Positions 46,090 to 58,770 of a stretch of 64,000 nucleotides of DNA are shown here, one piece after another (position 1 is the first letter of the stretch; each line of letters starts with the position of its first letter). Origin of the DNA: the human T2T-CHM13v2.0 reference genome, Homo sapiens; NCBI RefSeq assembly GCF_009914755.1, contig NC_060929.1; one strand, 5' to 3'. Both the position numbers and the translations under genes were made by a program. A model generated the notes under the pieces. The model saw only the letters and a program-made list of their open reading frames with translations. It was not told where the DNA came from and ran no database searches.

Positions 46090-46715
46090 AGTAAAGAAAG
46101 AGAGTTTGTTTGATGTGAGGCTGGCCATGCCACACTGGAGACAAAGTATTTTACTCAAATCAATCTCCTCAAAGGCTCACAGGCTAGGGTTTTTATGGAC
46201 AATTTGGTGGGCAGGGGGCTAGGAAATGGGTGCTACTGACTGGGGATGAAATGATAGCCATGTGGAAAATGGTCCTTGTGTACTGAGTCTCTCTGTGTGT
46301 GGGGCCACAGGATAAGTTGAGTCACGAGTCACAAGTGTCTGGGTGGAGTCAGTCTCAAAGATATCTCAAAAAACCAATCTTACTTTCTTTAATAGTGATG
46401 TTGTCTACAGTAGTAATTGGGAAGTCCCAAATCTTGTGACCCCTGGCCACATGACTCCTTAGTGGTAAGGGATTATAGAAACTGCCTACATTTTAACAGA
46501 ATTCAGGTCTCTCACATAATCCTAACCTTGTTGCCTTTCATTAGTTTTGCAAAGGTGGCTTAGTTTTGGGAAGGGCTATTGTCATCCTTTTTTTAAAGTT
46601 AAACTATAAACTAAATTTCTCCCAAAGTCAGCTCAGTCTATGCCCAAAAATGACCTAGTATAATTTGGAGGTTAGAAGCAAGATGGAGTCAACTATGTCA
46701 GATTCCTCTTGCTAC
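46090..46715 (-). mobile_element. ERV1 solo LTR (MER4 group; LTR8/MER51/MER57-like)
   Basis: tactcaaatcaatctcc..taaactataaactaaatttctcccaaagt..ggaggttagaagcaagatggagtc. Confidence 0.75.
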
Positions 46716-47428
46716 AACGACCCTTCTTTACCACTACAGCCCTCTGCAGTGCTTTGTCCTTGTTCTGAATATTATGAGTTCATAAGAAAAGACAGGACAA
46801 TGTAAAATTAAGCCTCTTTGCATAATTAAAAATAAGTATTTTGGTAAAGCTAGAAGCACTCATTTCCCAAAGAAAATGTTAGTGGCATTTAACAAGCTGC
46901 TTAGTTCATCAGAATTACTGCACTGTTATTTTACAGTCTTGCTGAACTGGAAAGTCCACTGCCACATTGGAGCGAGGCTGCACTGAAACATTTATTGGAG
47001 CTTTAAAAATTGGTTTACAGAAAGCAAATCTTTCGTGTATCATATTTTAGAAAATAGCAGCAAATCTTCGTGGGATGGATGGGAACAGGACTGATATGAA
47101 AATGAGGATACTTTTGCAGTTAAAAAACAGTGGCTGCACTCATTCTTTTCTTTGAGACTTGACAGTATTTGAACCTATTAAGAGTTACTCAATCAAACTT
47201 GCTTTGTATATATTATCAAAAATACTTAACTAAAGAATTCCTGTTGGCAAACTGCCAAAGCTTAGGAGCCTCTGCAGAAAGGCCAGATACACATAATTAA
47301 ACTATGCAGTTCTGTGTCTGGCTTTGTAAATGATCAAATATATGCTAAGTATCTGATTTAGTGAATGGCAAAGACAAGCACAGGGATGCACAAGCAATTG
47401 GGCAGGACAATGAAGTTAGCTTAACTGG

Positions 47429-48227
47429 CTTTGTCTTCTCCTGCTGCTGCTGGTATTGCTGCCGTCCTTCTTACTCTGGGACAACTCTGGTTTACCAGAG
47501 GAGTAAGATCTGTATTCTCAGGGACACACAACCAAATTGTAGGGTGTTTTTATTTATTGGATCAGCTGTCACATATTTTATCTATCTTTTATTTTATTAT
47601 TTTTTTTTCTGAGATAGGGTCTCACTCTGGTTGCCCAGAGTGGGGTGCAGTGGCATGATTTCAGTTCACTGAAGCCTTGACCTCCTGGGCTCAGGTGATT
47701 CTCCCACCTCCGCCTCCCAAGTGGATGGGACTACAGGCGCACACCACCACACTCAGCTAATTTTTTTTGTATTTTTAGTAGAGACGGCATTTCGCCGTGT
47801 TGGCCAGACTGGTCTCAAACTCCTAGACTCAAGCAATCCGCCTGCCTTGGCCTCCCAGAGTGTTGGGATTATAGGCATGAGCCACCGCACCTGGTCTTTT
47901 ATCTATCTTTTAGAAACCTAGGAATAATATTGGGAGACTGCATGATTGAGACAGTAATTTACAACTCTTTGAAACCCAAAGTACTTTGCAATGTAAGGAG
48001 TTCCTAAGAATTGTATACCACTTTCAAACTTGTAGATGTGAAGATCCAGGAGGTATTCTGCCCCTGGGGTTTGCAGGTCTGTGAGATGTGACAGATGATC
48101 CAATAAATAAAATCGCCCTACAATTTGGTGTTTGTTCCTGAGAATACAGATCTTCCTCCCCTGGTAAACCAGGATTGTCCCAGAGTAAGAGGAAGGCAGT
48201 AACCAGCAACAGAAGGAGAAGACAAAG
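47429..48227. repeat. ~145-bp inverted duplication (47429-47574 versus 48086-48227)
   Basis: Reverse-complement match about 85% by eye (tcttactctgggacaa, ctggtttaccag, aagatctgtattctcagg, ttttatttattggatca); opposite-strand ORFs in the track share SYSGT.LVYQ..KICILR. Confidence 0.93.
47592..47896 (-). mobile_element. AluJ-like
   Basis: Antisense dimer; perfect 16-bp TSD ttttatctatctttta at 47576-47591 / 47897-47912. Confidence 0.95.
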
Positions 48228-48539
48228 TTAAAAGCATAGGTAGATAGGACAGGGGATGACAACCCCCACTAAGTCACAGAGGCCAAAAACACCACTGCTG
48301 AAAGACGGAAGATGCATAAAGGCACAAAGGAAGAGGGTGACCCTAGACAAAAAAAGGGACAAGTCATAGAAGATGTGGTACTGGGGAGAAGTAGTTGGGG
48401 TCTGGGTACGCTGGGCCTGGGGAAGTGAGCAATACAGAGTCTGTGAGTCTGGACAGTAAGAGTCAAGAATCCAGGCTGGGAGCCTGGGAGCAAAGCAGGT
48501 AAGAAGTCCATACTGAATAGCAGGAAGGGTGGGCAAATA

Positions 48540-49710
48540 TAGAAATGGCAATTTAAAGAACTTTGGCTGTTATTCTGAATGAGATGGGAAGACAAGAGCT
48601 TAGGACAGTGAAGGGACATGACCTGACTTGCTTAAAAAGGATCATTCTGGCTGCCATTTTAAGGGAATTTCTGCTGAAAAATGTATATCAAATGTCAGAA
48701 GCAGACGGACAAGTAAAGAAGCTACGGTAATAATCCTGGTGCAAGATGATGGTGGCTTGGACCAGAAAGCAGAGGTGGGCATGACAACAAGAGACTACAT
48801 TCTTGACGTGTTTGAAGGTAGAGCTAGTATAATATTCTGATAAACTGTGAGAAAAAGAGAGAGTGGGGGAGAAGATGACAATAAAATATTAGTCTAAGCA
48901 AATATGAGATTGGAGTTGCTGTTTACTGAGAATATGAGAGAAAAAACAAATTTGTTTATGGGCATGCCAACTTTGGGATATTTATTAGACTCCTTGGCAA
49001 CACCAAGGAGACAACAAGATACACTGATCGGGAAGTCAAGAGAGAGATTTGAGCTGGAGATGTAATTTTGGAAATAACTATTTTGTAACTAAAAGAGTAT
49101 AACTGGATTGTTTGAAACAAAAAGAATAAATGCTTGCAGTGATGGGTACCCTATTTACCCTGATGTGATTATTATGCATTGCATGCCTATGTCAAAATAT
49201 CTCAGATATCCTATAAATATATATATCTACTATATACCTACAAAAATTAAGAATTAAAAAAAGAAAATAACCTATTTTGTAGATGGTATTTAAATCTATG
49301 AAAATGAGTGAGATCACTAAGAGAATAAACAAAGATAAAGAAGAAGAAAAAAACACAACAAAGACTGAAGCTTGGACTAAGTATCCTAATGCTTAGAGGC
49401 TGAGGGATAAGTAGGAACTCACAGATGAAATGGAGAAAGACCTGCCATTAAGGTAGTTGGAAAATAAAGACATTGTGGGGTTCTGGCCTTCAAGAGAAGA
49501 AAGAACCTCAAAAAGATGGGGCAGATCAGTAAGTTGAATGGAGTTGACAGGATGAGTGAAAGGAGGCCTGAGCCTGATGGTCAGTGAGCAGGAAGGACAC
49601 TGACCAGAACAGTGTTGGTGGAAGAGTGGAGGGGCGAACCCGGCTGGGGAGAAGTCAAGAGAGAATGGGAAGAGAGAAATGGAAAACAGAAATACATGAA
49701 ACTCCTTCAT
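48540..49710 (-). mobile_element. LINE-2 fragments
   Basis: GA-rich antisense L2 motifs (aaaaggatcattctggctgc, gatgatggtggcttggaccag, gctggagatgtaattttgg, gagtgagatcac). Confidence 0.75.
49088..49263 (+). mobile_element. Short L1MA 3' end inserted in L2
   Basis: taactggattgtttg..ccctgatgtgattattatgcattgcatgcct..; flanked by aaataac(c)tattttgta repeats. Confidence 0.85.
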
Positions 49711-49804
49711 GAGGGTTCTGGATGTAACCAGATATAAGGAAAATTATGCAAAATGTTTAAGAGATCATGATAAAATTAAGTGGGAATAATTAATGTATTC
49801 ATTA

Positions 49805-50250
49805 AGGATTCTCGAGAAACAGGCCCTGAAACAAAGGTTTGAGTGCAAAGTAACTTATTTGGTAAGTGTAGAAAACACCAAAGGCAGGTGGAGTGGGAAA
49901 AGCAAAAGCTTGCATTATTAAGCTAGCTACTACTGTGAATCCCTGGAGCTTAATCCCATGGGCAAATGCTGGGAACCAATATAAAACATACACTTCAGAA
50001 TGGCCCCACCCAGACACAGGAGCAGGGGTATTTATGCATAATTTCCCATTTGTCCTTGGTTGAGGGCTGCTGGGGGTGAGGGAGTGTTAATACCCAGCCA
50101 GTATTAATATTCAGACTGCCAAATGTGAGGGTAAAGTGGACTTTCCATTTTGGGGGAAAGACTTCAAGCACAGATGCTTACTGGCAGTTGGAAATTAAAC
50201 AGAATACATCAGTGGTAACTGTCAAGGTAGGCACTCCCAGCATCTACTAC
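49805..50250 (-). mobile_element. Old ERVL LTR (LTR16/LTR33-like)
   Basis: aacaggccctgaaacaaaggtttgagtgcaaagtaacttatttgg. Confidence 0.6.
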
Positions 50251-50959
50251 AATTGATAATGGAAGAGAAAGAGGCATGACGGTTGTAGTCATGCAGGTCA
50301 ATGGGAATGTTATCTAGTGTGCAACTGGGAGGGCTGGCCTCAGCTAGGAGCAGGGAAAGAACAAGAGGCACAAATGCATGTGAATAAGTCATGATGTGAG
50401 CCTGGAAATTTCTCTTTTGTTTGCTTCTATTTTCTCAGCAGAGTAAAAAAATAAAATCATCAGCTAAAAATGAGGATTGGGGGAACTGATATAGGTACAG
50501 GAGAGTGAAGAAGTCCTCCAGGAGAGGGATAAGAACGTGGAGAGGGGCATGGAGCAGGGTTGCCAGGAATCAACAAAGGCCCAGTTCAGGTTAGTAGGCA
50601 TGGTCGGGGGCTTGTGTACTTTATCCCAGACATGTTCAGCTGAAGTAGGTACAATATTTAACTAAACAGAGAGTTAGTTTTCTGAGATACAGTTTAGCCA
50701 GTTAAGTACAATGACACAAGAGCTGTGCACAGAAGTGAAAATGATTTTTAATACTGCAGGGAAGTAAGGATATCAGGGCAGTTTGAGACACTGCAACGTT
50801 GGTCAAATCACTGGACTGTGAGTTCTCAGTGGTGAGCATTGTCAGACTTCAGTGGTGTGAGGTGAGGAAAAACCCAATTGAGGTGTGGTAATAGAGGAAG
50901 CGAGCTATAAAGATAAGATGTTACTGGAAATGTGATCTTGAGGTTGAGTTTATAGTGGG

Positions 50960-51392
50960 TGTCTTAGCCTATTTTTTGTTGCTTATAACAGAATACCTGG
51001 AACTGGGTAATTTATAAAGAAAAGGAATTTATGTCACATAGCTTTGGAGGAAGAAAAGTCCAGCATCAACAGGCTGCATCTGGTGAGGGTCTTTCCTGCT
51101 GGTGGAGACCCTCTGCAGATTCTTGAGGCATACAGGGCATCACATGGTGGGTGGGATGAGCATGCTAGCTCAGGTCTTTCTTCCTCTTTTTATAAAGCCA
51201 GTTCAATTCCCATGATTGCCCACTTCTCCATTAACCCCTTAACTGATTAACCCATGAATGGATTTCTCCATTCATGAGGACAAAGTTCTCATGACCCAAT
51301 CTCCTCTCAAAGGCCCCACTTCTCAATACTGCCGTATTGGGGATTAAATTTCAACATGAGATGTGGAGGGGACACATATTCAAACCATAGTG
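50960..51392 (-). mobile_element. MSTC/MSTD-like MaLR LTR
   Basis: tgtcttagcc..ataacagaatacctggaactgggtaatttataaagaaaa..cacatattcaaaccatag. Confidence 0.85.
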
Positions 51393-52701
51393 ATGTGTTT
51401 AAGTGATAGGTAATGACAAACTCTTGGGAATGTTGATGGGTGAAGTTGGGAAGTTGAACTTGGGAATGTTGGGATGAAGTTGGGCAGAGAACATAAAGGA
51501 GATTATGCAATTGAGTGGCTAGGGAGTGGGATCATCTGCTTGTATATTGAAATCACTGCTAATATTGATACAAATGAATGCATGCAGGAGGGTCAGTGAG
51601 TATTATCATCTGATGATGTAGGATTGAGAACTGGAAGTTTAAGGAGGGTAGGATAAACAATTCAGAAAGTTTTGCAAAATGGGTGTCATTGAAGATCTTG
51701 ATAACAGCCACTTAAGGGGATGGCTTGGACAAAAGCCAACGGGGGAAAATGGGAAGTGGCAAAGTAAAAACAGTGAATATAGATATGTTTTCAATAATGT
51801 TTGAAATAAAAGTGAGAAGAGAAATAGAGCAAGAGGTGGAAGAAAACATATGACAAGGGATTTTTAAGAGGTGTCATGGAGCAGGTTCCCTGGAAGCTAT
51901 ATCAAGATTGGTGTATGTTTATAGGTGTTTTCTTAGGAAGTTCTCTTAGCAGCAATTACTGTATGGAGGGACAGGAAGGAGAATTGGGCAGATGGAGAAT
52001 TTGGGTGGTGATGTAGCTACAGCAGCAACTGAAGCAGATCAAAGAGCTCTGAGGCTACGATGCATCTCCAGATACATTTCAAATTGAAGCAAGAAAGTCA
52101 GGCATTTGTGTGCTGAACTGACCAGTCATTGGAGGTAGGCAGATCTTCAGCTCTTTCTGTCCTCCAGCTGAAGAAGACAAGTTTGTGGTTACATTCTTTC
52201 AAAGACGCGGTGCCTAAGTTTGTGATCAGTCGCTCTCAGCCTTTTATTATCTTTCTCCAAGTATCAAAATCCTCTAGTGTCAACTAATTGATTTCGTAGA
52301 CCTTGTAATTGTGACTTCCTCCAACTTCTCAAACACCTGAGCTATTGCCCAAGCCAGTTCATCCCCTTCCAGCTGTTTCTCATGCCAGTCCACCACTAAT
52401 AAAGTTTTTGGACAGTTTTACTTATGCGATATGTCACAGTCCATTGGTACTCTATCAATCAGTAATGGGACTCAGCTGGCTGGTGGGTGATCCAGCTCAA
52501 ACATTTTTAGAGACTGCTTCTTAGGACCACTGTCAAGGTTGAGCTCCCAGACAGAAAATCAGGGTGGAGATATGTGTGCAGTTTGCACGGGAATTATGAA
52601 AGCAGGATTGAATAGAGGGAGGCGTTGAACTGAGATTAATTTGTGACAGAGCCTTCAGTTAACTCCAGAAAGATCTCTACAACTGTGATACTCTTTAAAC
52701 C

Positions 52702-52914
52702 AGTAGATTTCAACTGGATGTAGTTTCCTTTTCTAGGGGACCTGTGGAAATGTCTGGAGACAATTTTGATTGATGTAAGTGGAGAGGGGTGCTGTTGGTA
52801 TCCAGTGAGGGAGGCCAGAGATGCTCCTGAGCATTCTCAGTGTACAGGACAGCCCCTCCCAACAAAGAATTATCCAGCCCTAAATGCTGATACTGTTGAC
52901 TTGGAGAAACTCTG
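52702..52914. mobile_element. MER20 hAT-Charlie DNA transposon
   Basis: aatgtctggagacaattttg..gaggccagagatgct..caggacagccc..aacaaagaattatccagcc..gagaaactctg. Confidence 0.85.
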
Positions 52915-53599
52915 ATTTATGGACATCTCTAATCAAAGCAAGGACCAGAGCCTCTGTACACTTTCAGTGGTTTTGGGTTGCCCCCAGGGAGAGGTAAAAT
53001 GTTGGACAAGGCAGCTCTCTCACCCTTATTGAAATTCCCAGAGCAAGATGCTTCTTTGAGTGTGGGCAGCCTATGCTCCTGGCAGTTAGGGGAATGAGGA
53101 ACTCAGCCTCAAAGGGAAAGATCAGAGTGCATCATCTACTACATGATGATCGTATGCTAATGGAATGATTTTTCTATATCTATTTCTACCAGTTGCTGAG
53201 GGAGCCAGAAAGAACATGACCTCAGGTCTGGATTATAGAGCACAAACGAAGCTGAAGATTGCTGAACAGCCAAACAGGTTCAAAGTTAATTGTACTTGTG
53301 ATGTTTGGCTCTCCCCTGAGCTGAGCAGTTGGCCAGACCTTCTATAGGCTTTGATGATACTGCTGTGTACCAGCTGAGCTCTGGGAAGCAACCCCTGCTG
53401 CAATTCTTACCAGTCTTTCTTGCTCAGCCAGCAAACAGGCAGCCAATCTGGGTTGGGTGGAACAGTAGGAGTCCCAGGCAGGGATGATAAGCATGCCCTT
53501 CTGGCACTGTGCCTGGCTACCGAGCTTGTGCATTCCAAGGCATCCTGTGGTAGGTGCTTGGGAAGGTAACTGGACGATCACAGTCTCCCTTTTCTCCGC

Positions 53600-56000
53600 C
53601 AGATCCACCAACTTACCTGCATCTAATTCCAGAGCCTACCTTCCCTCTGTTTTGATGAAGCACCTAATCTTGCTCCTAATCAAGACCAGTCCTTTCTCTT
53701 GTATTTCAGGTTCCAATCCTTTTCTTCAACTCAAGTATTTTGCTTCTATCCTATTATATTTTCCTTTCTACTGGACTATTCCCGTTAATATACAAAAATC
53801 ACCGAACAGAGCCTGCCCATTCAAAAAGCAAAAAACAACACAAACCTGTGTCTTTCTCCTCAATGCACTCCAGTCTTGTCCACACTACTACACTGAAATG
53901 GCTTATGATGGGTCTCCTAACAGCTCACCATTTACACCTGCTGCCAAACCCATGGTCTACTCATTGAACATGAACAGTTGGCAGCATTTGACACACTGGG
54001 CTGCTTCTTCCTTCCTGAAGCATTTTCCTCTTAGCTTTTCCAAAACCCCATTCTTCTGTGTTTTTTCACACCTTATTAGCCGCTCCTTCTCAATCTCCTT
54101 TGCCAGTTCCCTCTCCTCTGTGAGATGGCTAAATGCTGACACTTATTGGGGTCTGTCCTTAGCTTTCTATAATATCTACATTTTATTCCTAATTTCACTT
54201 ATCTTGGGCCATAGCATTAAATGCTGCCTTTGAGCTGAATACTCTCAAATTGAACAGATAGCAACATTCCCTCTTGATACCCAAATCATCAAGTCAACTG
54301 CTGACTAAACAGCTCCATTTTGTATCTGATGGCTGTCTCAATGTTAGCAGTCCCAGAGTTTGGACACAAAAATCCCTTCCAGACAACAACCCTACGGTGC
54401 TTCTCCTTCATCTTCCCAGCTGATTTCTACCCTTTGCTCAAGCAAAAAAACCTAAACATAATCTTAGATTTTCCACTTTTCTTTCTTTTTTTTTTTTTTT
54501 TAAGAGACAAGGTCTTACTGTCTTGCCCAGGCTGGAAGGCAGAGGTGTGATCATAGCTCACTGCAGCCTCAACTTTCTGGGCTCATGTGACCTGCCTCAA
54601 CCTCCAGAGTAGCTGGGACTACAGGCACATACCACCATGCCAGGCTTATTTTTTAAAGTTTTTGCTAAGATGGGGTCTTGCTATGTTGTCCAGGCTGGCC
54701 TCAAGTGACCTCCTGCCTTGGCTTCCCCAGTGCTGAGATTATAGGCTTGAACCACCACACTTGTCTGATTTTCCTCTTTTCTCCTACAAAACAACCAGGT
54801 GAGTTTTGTTGATTCTACCCCCCAAATACATCTTTAATCTGATCATGTTTTACTTGTCTACTGCTATTATTGTGTTAATTGAAGTCAAACTTTGTTCACC
54901 TATTCTACTAGCATGGAGACTTCTTCGCAGGTCTCTGGCTTTCCAAGAGTCTCCCCATTCTCCACACTAAATCCTGCTGATCTTTTAAAAATATCAACCA
55001 GATCAAATAACTTCCCTACTAAAAATCTCCCTATTTTGTATTGTAATTACAATAAAATTCAGAATGAATTTTTTCATTCTCACAAAACACTGTATAATCT
55101 GGCCATTGCTCCTTCTTCCACAAATCTGTAAATTTTCCATTTATTCACAACATTCGGGCCATGCTAGCTACAGTGAATTAGAATATGTTTCTTAATTTTT
55201 CACTCCCTCCTCTGTCATGTGACCTTGCAATGCACAAAAGTGGGCCAAGCATCTCCCTCCTCCATTGGATTTGCATTTGGCCATGTGTCTTTATTTTGTT
55301 TGTGATGCTTGTGGAATTTTCAAATGCGCTTATGAGGGTTGGCTTGGCCTCTGTCAGCTCTATGGCCAGCCATGGAAGATCATGCTGTAGGGAGCCTTAT
55401 CCCCTTTAGCCTGGGCTCCAGAAGGACTTGTGGGAGAAACCTGACCTGAATTCTAGGCCAAGTACAAATCATCCATAAGCCTGAATTAAAGTGGCGCCAA
55501 GTGATCTACAGAACTGTGAGCAAACACAAAAAGAAGTACAATTGCTTGTATCTTAAGTCACTGAGTTGTGGGACAATCTGTTACATAACATTAGAGCAGT
55601 AGCTGACTGATACCCTGGTCCCCTTTCTTGCCTTGGAATATGCCTAGCTCATTCTAGTCTCAGGAACTTTGTATTTTCTTTTCTCTGGAATATTGTGCCC
55701 CCCAAAGTTCCACTTAGCTATATCCTCTTCATTGTTCAAGTCTCAGCACAAACTTCATATCCACAGAAATACATTCTCTGATCATCCCAGCTAACGTAGC
55801 CACTGCCAGAAAACTCAGCTCCTGTATACCATTATCTTGATTTACTTTCTTTCTAGCTTTTGTCACTACCTGAAACTATTTATTTGTATATGAACCTACT
55901 TATTGTCTGTCTCTACTCATGATGATTCTATCTCCATGAGAGCAGGGGCTGCATCTACTTTATTCACTGCTGTATCTTTAGGGCTTGAAACAGTGTTGAA
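53600..56000 (+). mobile_element. LINE-2 fragments interrupted by an AluJ and an MLT1 (about 55190-55610)
   Basis: CT-rich L2 motifs (gcagcatttgacac, tccttctcaatctcctttgc, ctccatgagagcagggg..ttcactgctgtatc); boundaries approximate. Confidence 0.65.
54478..54766 (-). mobile_element. AluJ
   Basis: tcatagctcactgcagcctcaact..gggtcttgctatgttgtccaggctgg; flanked by gattttcc(a/t)ctttt. Confidence 0.92.
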
Positions 56001-56109
56001 CAGATGAACGCATTCTGATGTGTGTATTGCACCATGCTCCACCATATGCAGGTAGGCTGTAAGTACCAGGGATGAGACCCACTGGCTTTTGTCCTGGTGT
56101 GGAGTCATG

Positions 56110-56460
56110 ACTGGAAGATAGCCAACTAGCCAGAGACTACATTTCCCAGACTCCTTTGCATCCAGATGTGGCCATTGAATTTGTTCTCACCAGTGGAATG
56201 TGAGCAGATGTTATATGGTATGACCATCCCATTCATGTTTTGTGCCTTCTGCTACTGTGTGTGAGTGATGTTATGGTTGGTAGAGCTATACATTTTAAGA
56301 AGCCTGGATCCCTGAATTACTTTGAGGATAATAATCTCTAATGAAATAATAGCATGTGTTTGGACTATTTTATGAGCCAGGAATAAATTTCTATTGTGTG
56401 AAGCCAGGTCACTAAAATTTGGAGGTTTTTTTGTTACAGGAGTTGACTTTACTTCAACTA
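56110..56460 (+). mobile_element. MLT1 (I/J-like) LTR
   Basis: actacatttcccagactcctttgca..gaagcctggatccctgaat..aataaatttctattgtgtgaagcc. Confidence 0.7.
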
Positions 56461-56466
56461 AGCCAA

Positions 56467-56867
56467 TGATATGGTTTGGATCTGTGTCCACACCCAAATC
56501 ACACGTTAAAATGTAATCCCCAATGCTGGAGCTGAGGCCTGGTGGGAGGTGATTGTATCATGGGGGTGGTTTCTAATGGCTTATCACCATCCCCCTAGTG
56601 CTGTTCTCATGATAGGGTTCTCATGAAATCTGTTCATTTAAAAGCATGTGGCACCTCCCCCGACAACCCCCTCTTCCTTCTGTTCTGACCATGTGAAGAT
56701 GTTCCTGCTTCCCCTTCACCTTCTGCTATGATTGTAAGTTTCCTGAGGCCTCCCCAGCCATGCTTCCTGTACAGCTTGTGGAACTAGGAGCCAATTAAAC
56801 CTCATTTCTTTATAAATTACTCAGTCTCAGGTATTTCTTTATAGCAGTGTGAGAACAGACTAATACA
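56467..56867 (+). mobile_element. MSTA/MSTB MaLR solo LTR
   Basis: tgatatggtttggatctgtgtcc ... gtgtgagaacagactaataca. Confidence 0.9.
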
Positions 56868-57389
56868 GGCAGTAACCTATGCTTACATCACCCCAGACTC
56901 CTCATTTGTTTCTTGTTTATGTTTATGCAGATTTTCCATCATCTTTGTAGAGATTTTTCTCATCCCTCTCCCTATTAGGCAACCAGCAGGAACTTCTTAT
57001 AGCTTCTCAGATGTCTTTAGCAATACTCCTAATGCCTTGCTTCTAATTTGCTATGTTCTAAGAATCCAGATAGTTAAGCATACTACGACTCTGAATACAT
57101 GCTATCACGCTCTGAGCTAAGTACATAAATTTTGTGATGCTGATTTGGGCTATTATGGGATATCGGGTGGTTTATTCTCTGATAAAGGATAATTGCCTGA
57201 TAAAGGAGGGGTAATAAAAAGATGTGGAATTATGTGTTAAATGTAGAGTCACGGCCGATGTGCAACTGTTTGGAAAGTGTATGGCTATTGCAATATTTAA
57301 AAGGAGAGCAAACGTCCACTTTTTCCCCAGAGCTTGGAAGGAACCTTGGTGAGGAGATAAAGTTTCAAAAAACTTAGCTATATGGTCTT

Positions 57390-57492
57390 TCTTTCTGTCT
57401 ATCTATCTATCTATTTCACGTTTACTGTCTATTTAATCATCTATCTCACGTTTGCTCTCTATCATCTATGTATCTAATTTATCATCTATCTC
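57390..57492. repeat. Degenerate (TCTA)n low-complexity repeat
   Basis: tctatctatctatcta and repeated atcatctatctcac units. Confidence 0.75.
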
Positions 57493-57769
57493 ACATTTGC
57501 TGTGCTCTAAGCACTGCACATGCTTATATACTTACATATGTACCCATTCTACTACATTATCTATTTGTGTTATTAAAATGTTTACATTAAATATCTAGCC
57601 ATTCATTATTATTATGACAACGATAAAGATTTATGCTGCATAATAAATATTTGTTTTGAAATCTAGTTCAATTTCACAGATGTCAAAAGATGTTTCACTC
57701 TCTATTAAATACATACACTCTCCACTGAAAGCTGGGCTTGGTCCAAAACCAGGGTAGTATGTGAAGGCA

Positions 57770-57960
57770 TGATATTGGTGACAGAAAGCAGTGAGAAATA
57801 TCAGAAGCTTTACAAACAGACCTGCTTCCAATCTTGCTGTGCATCATTATGGAATTTACTCAGCTTCTCTGAGCTTTGATATCCTCATCCATAAAACAGT
57901 GTCTAGAAGTGCTGCCTGATAAAGTTGTGAGCATCAAATGAGACAAGCAAAGTGCTTAAT
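57770..57960 (+). mobile_element. MIR SINE
   Basis: cagacctgcttccaatc..tttactcagcttctctgagc..tcctcatccataaaa..gttgtgagcatcaaatgaga..aaagtgctta. Confidence 0.65.
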
Positions 57961-58529
57961 TCAAAACAGCACAGAGGTGATAATAAAATAAAATTAGACT
58001 GTGTTTTTTTATTCTTCTTCATTTTTACATATTAATAATGTACAGAATCAGTGTTTGGTATGCGGGATATAATTTATATGTTTATTTTTTGTTTGCTATA
58101 AATGTTAATTTTGCCCAGAATTCAACTTTATGTTTTGATAATAAATCTGTATTGATTAAAAACAGTATTTCTTCTTTTAGAAGATCTCATGCATGCATTT
58201 AAACACAGCTCTACAACTGGGCTGCTATTTTCCACTTTAATTGCAGTAACAGAATATGCAAATTAACCATATTCTGAAATATAAAAATAACTAAAGATAA
58301 GCAGGTGATTCAGATTTTTGAAGGCAACTCAACAGAGAAGAAAGTCAAAATAAATGTGAAGAAGCTAAAAGCAGAAGCTCTTATCATACAACGGTCTGGT
58401 TCATTTTTTCCTTTTACAAACTAATATTTCTTCTTAATTTTTTTTTGTACTTTTGTTAAACCAGGGATTCCAGTTTTGAATGTTTCCCAAGATGTGTTTC
58501 ACGGGAGAGTTTATTTTGTCTACAGTATC

Positions 58530-58770
58530 CCCAAGGAAGCTTGTGGTTAATGATGTGCTCCTGCAGGCGCCTGGCAGCCAAGGGGACCAGAAGAACAGAA
58601 GAGGCGCCCTGATTGGCTCCTGGGATTACAGCTTTATTAATGCGCTCTGACAGCCTGTCTGTCACTAGCGCCAAGCGGAGAACATTAACTTGAACCTGAC
58701 AGCTCCACCCCCCAGAGAAAATGAGGGCCTAATGTGTTATAAATCAAGCTGGCTTTTGAAATCAATATTC
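58530..58770. promoter_or_regulatory. Candidate enhancer or conserved non-coding element
   Basis: Non-repetitive, locally GC/CpG-enriched; three TGACAG sites (58648, 58659 reverse, 58697), TTTATTAA at 58633, reverse CCAAT; inferred from motifs only. Confidence 0.45.

Noticed and set aside
53484-54233. Longest ORF in the track (249 aa)
   Set aside because: Overlaps CT-rich L2-derived sequence and shows no recognisable domain or exon structure.
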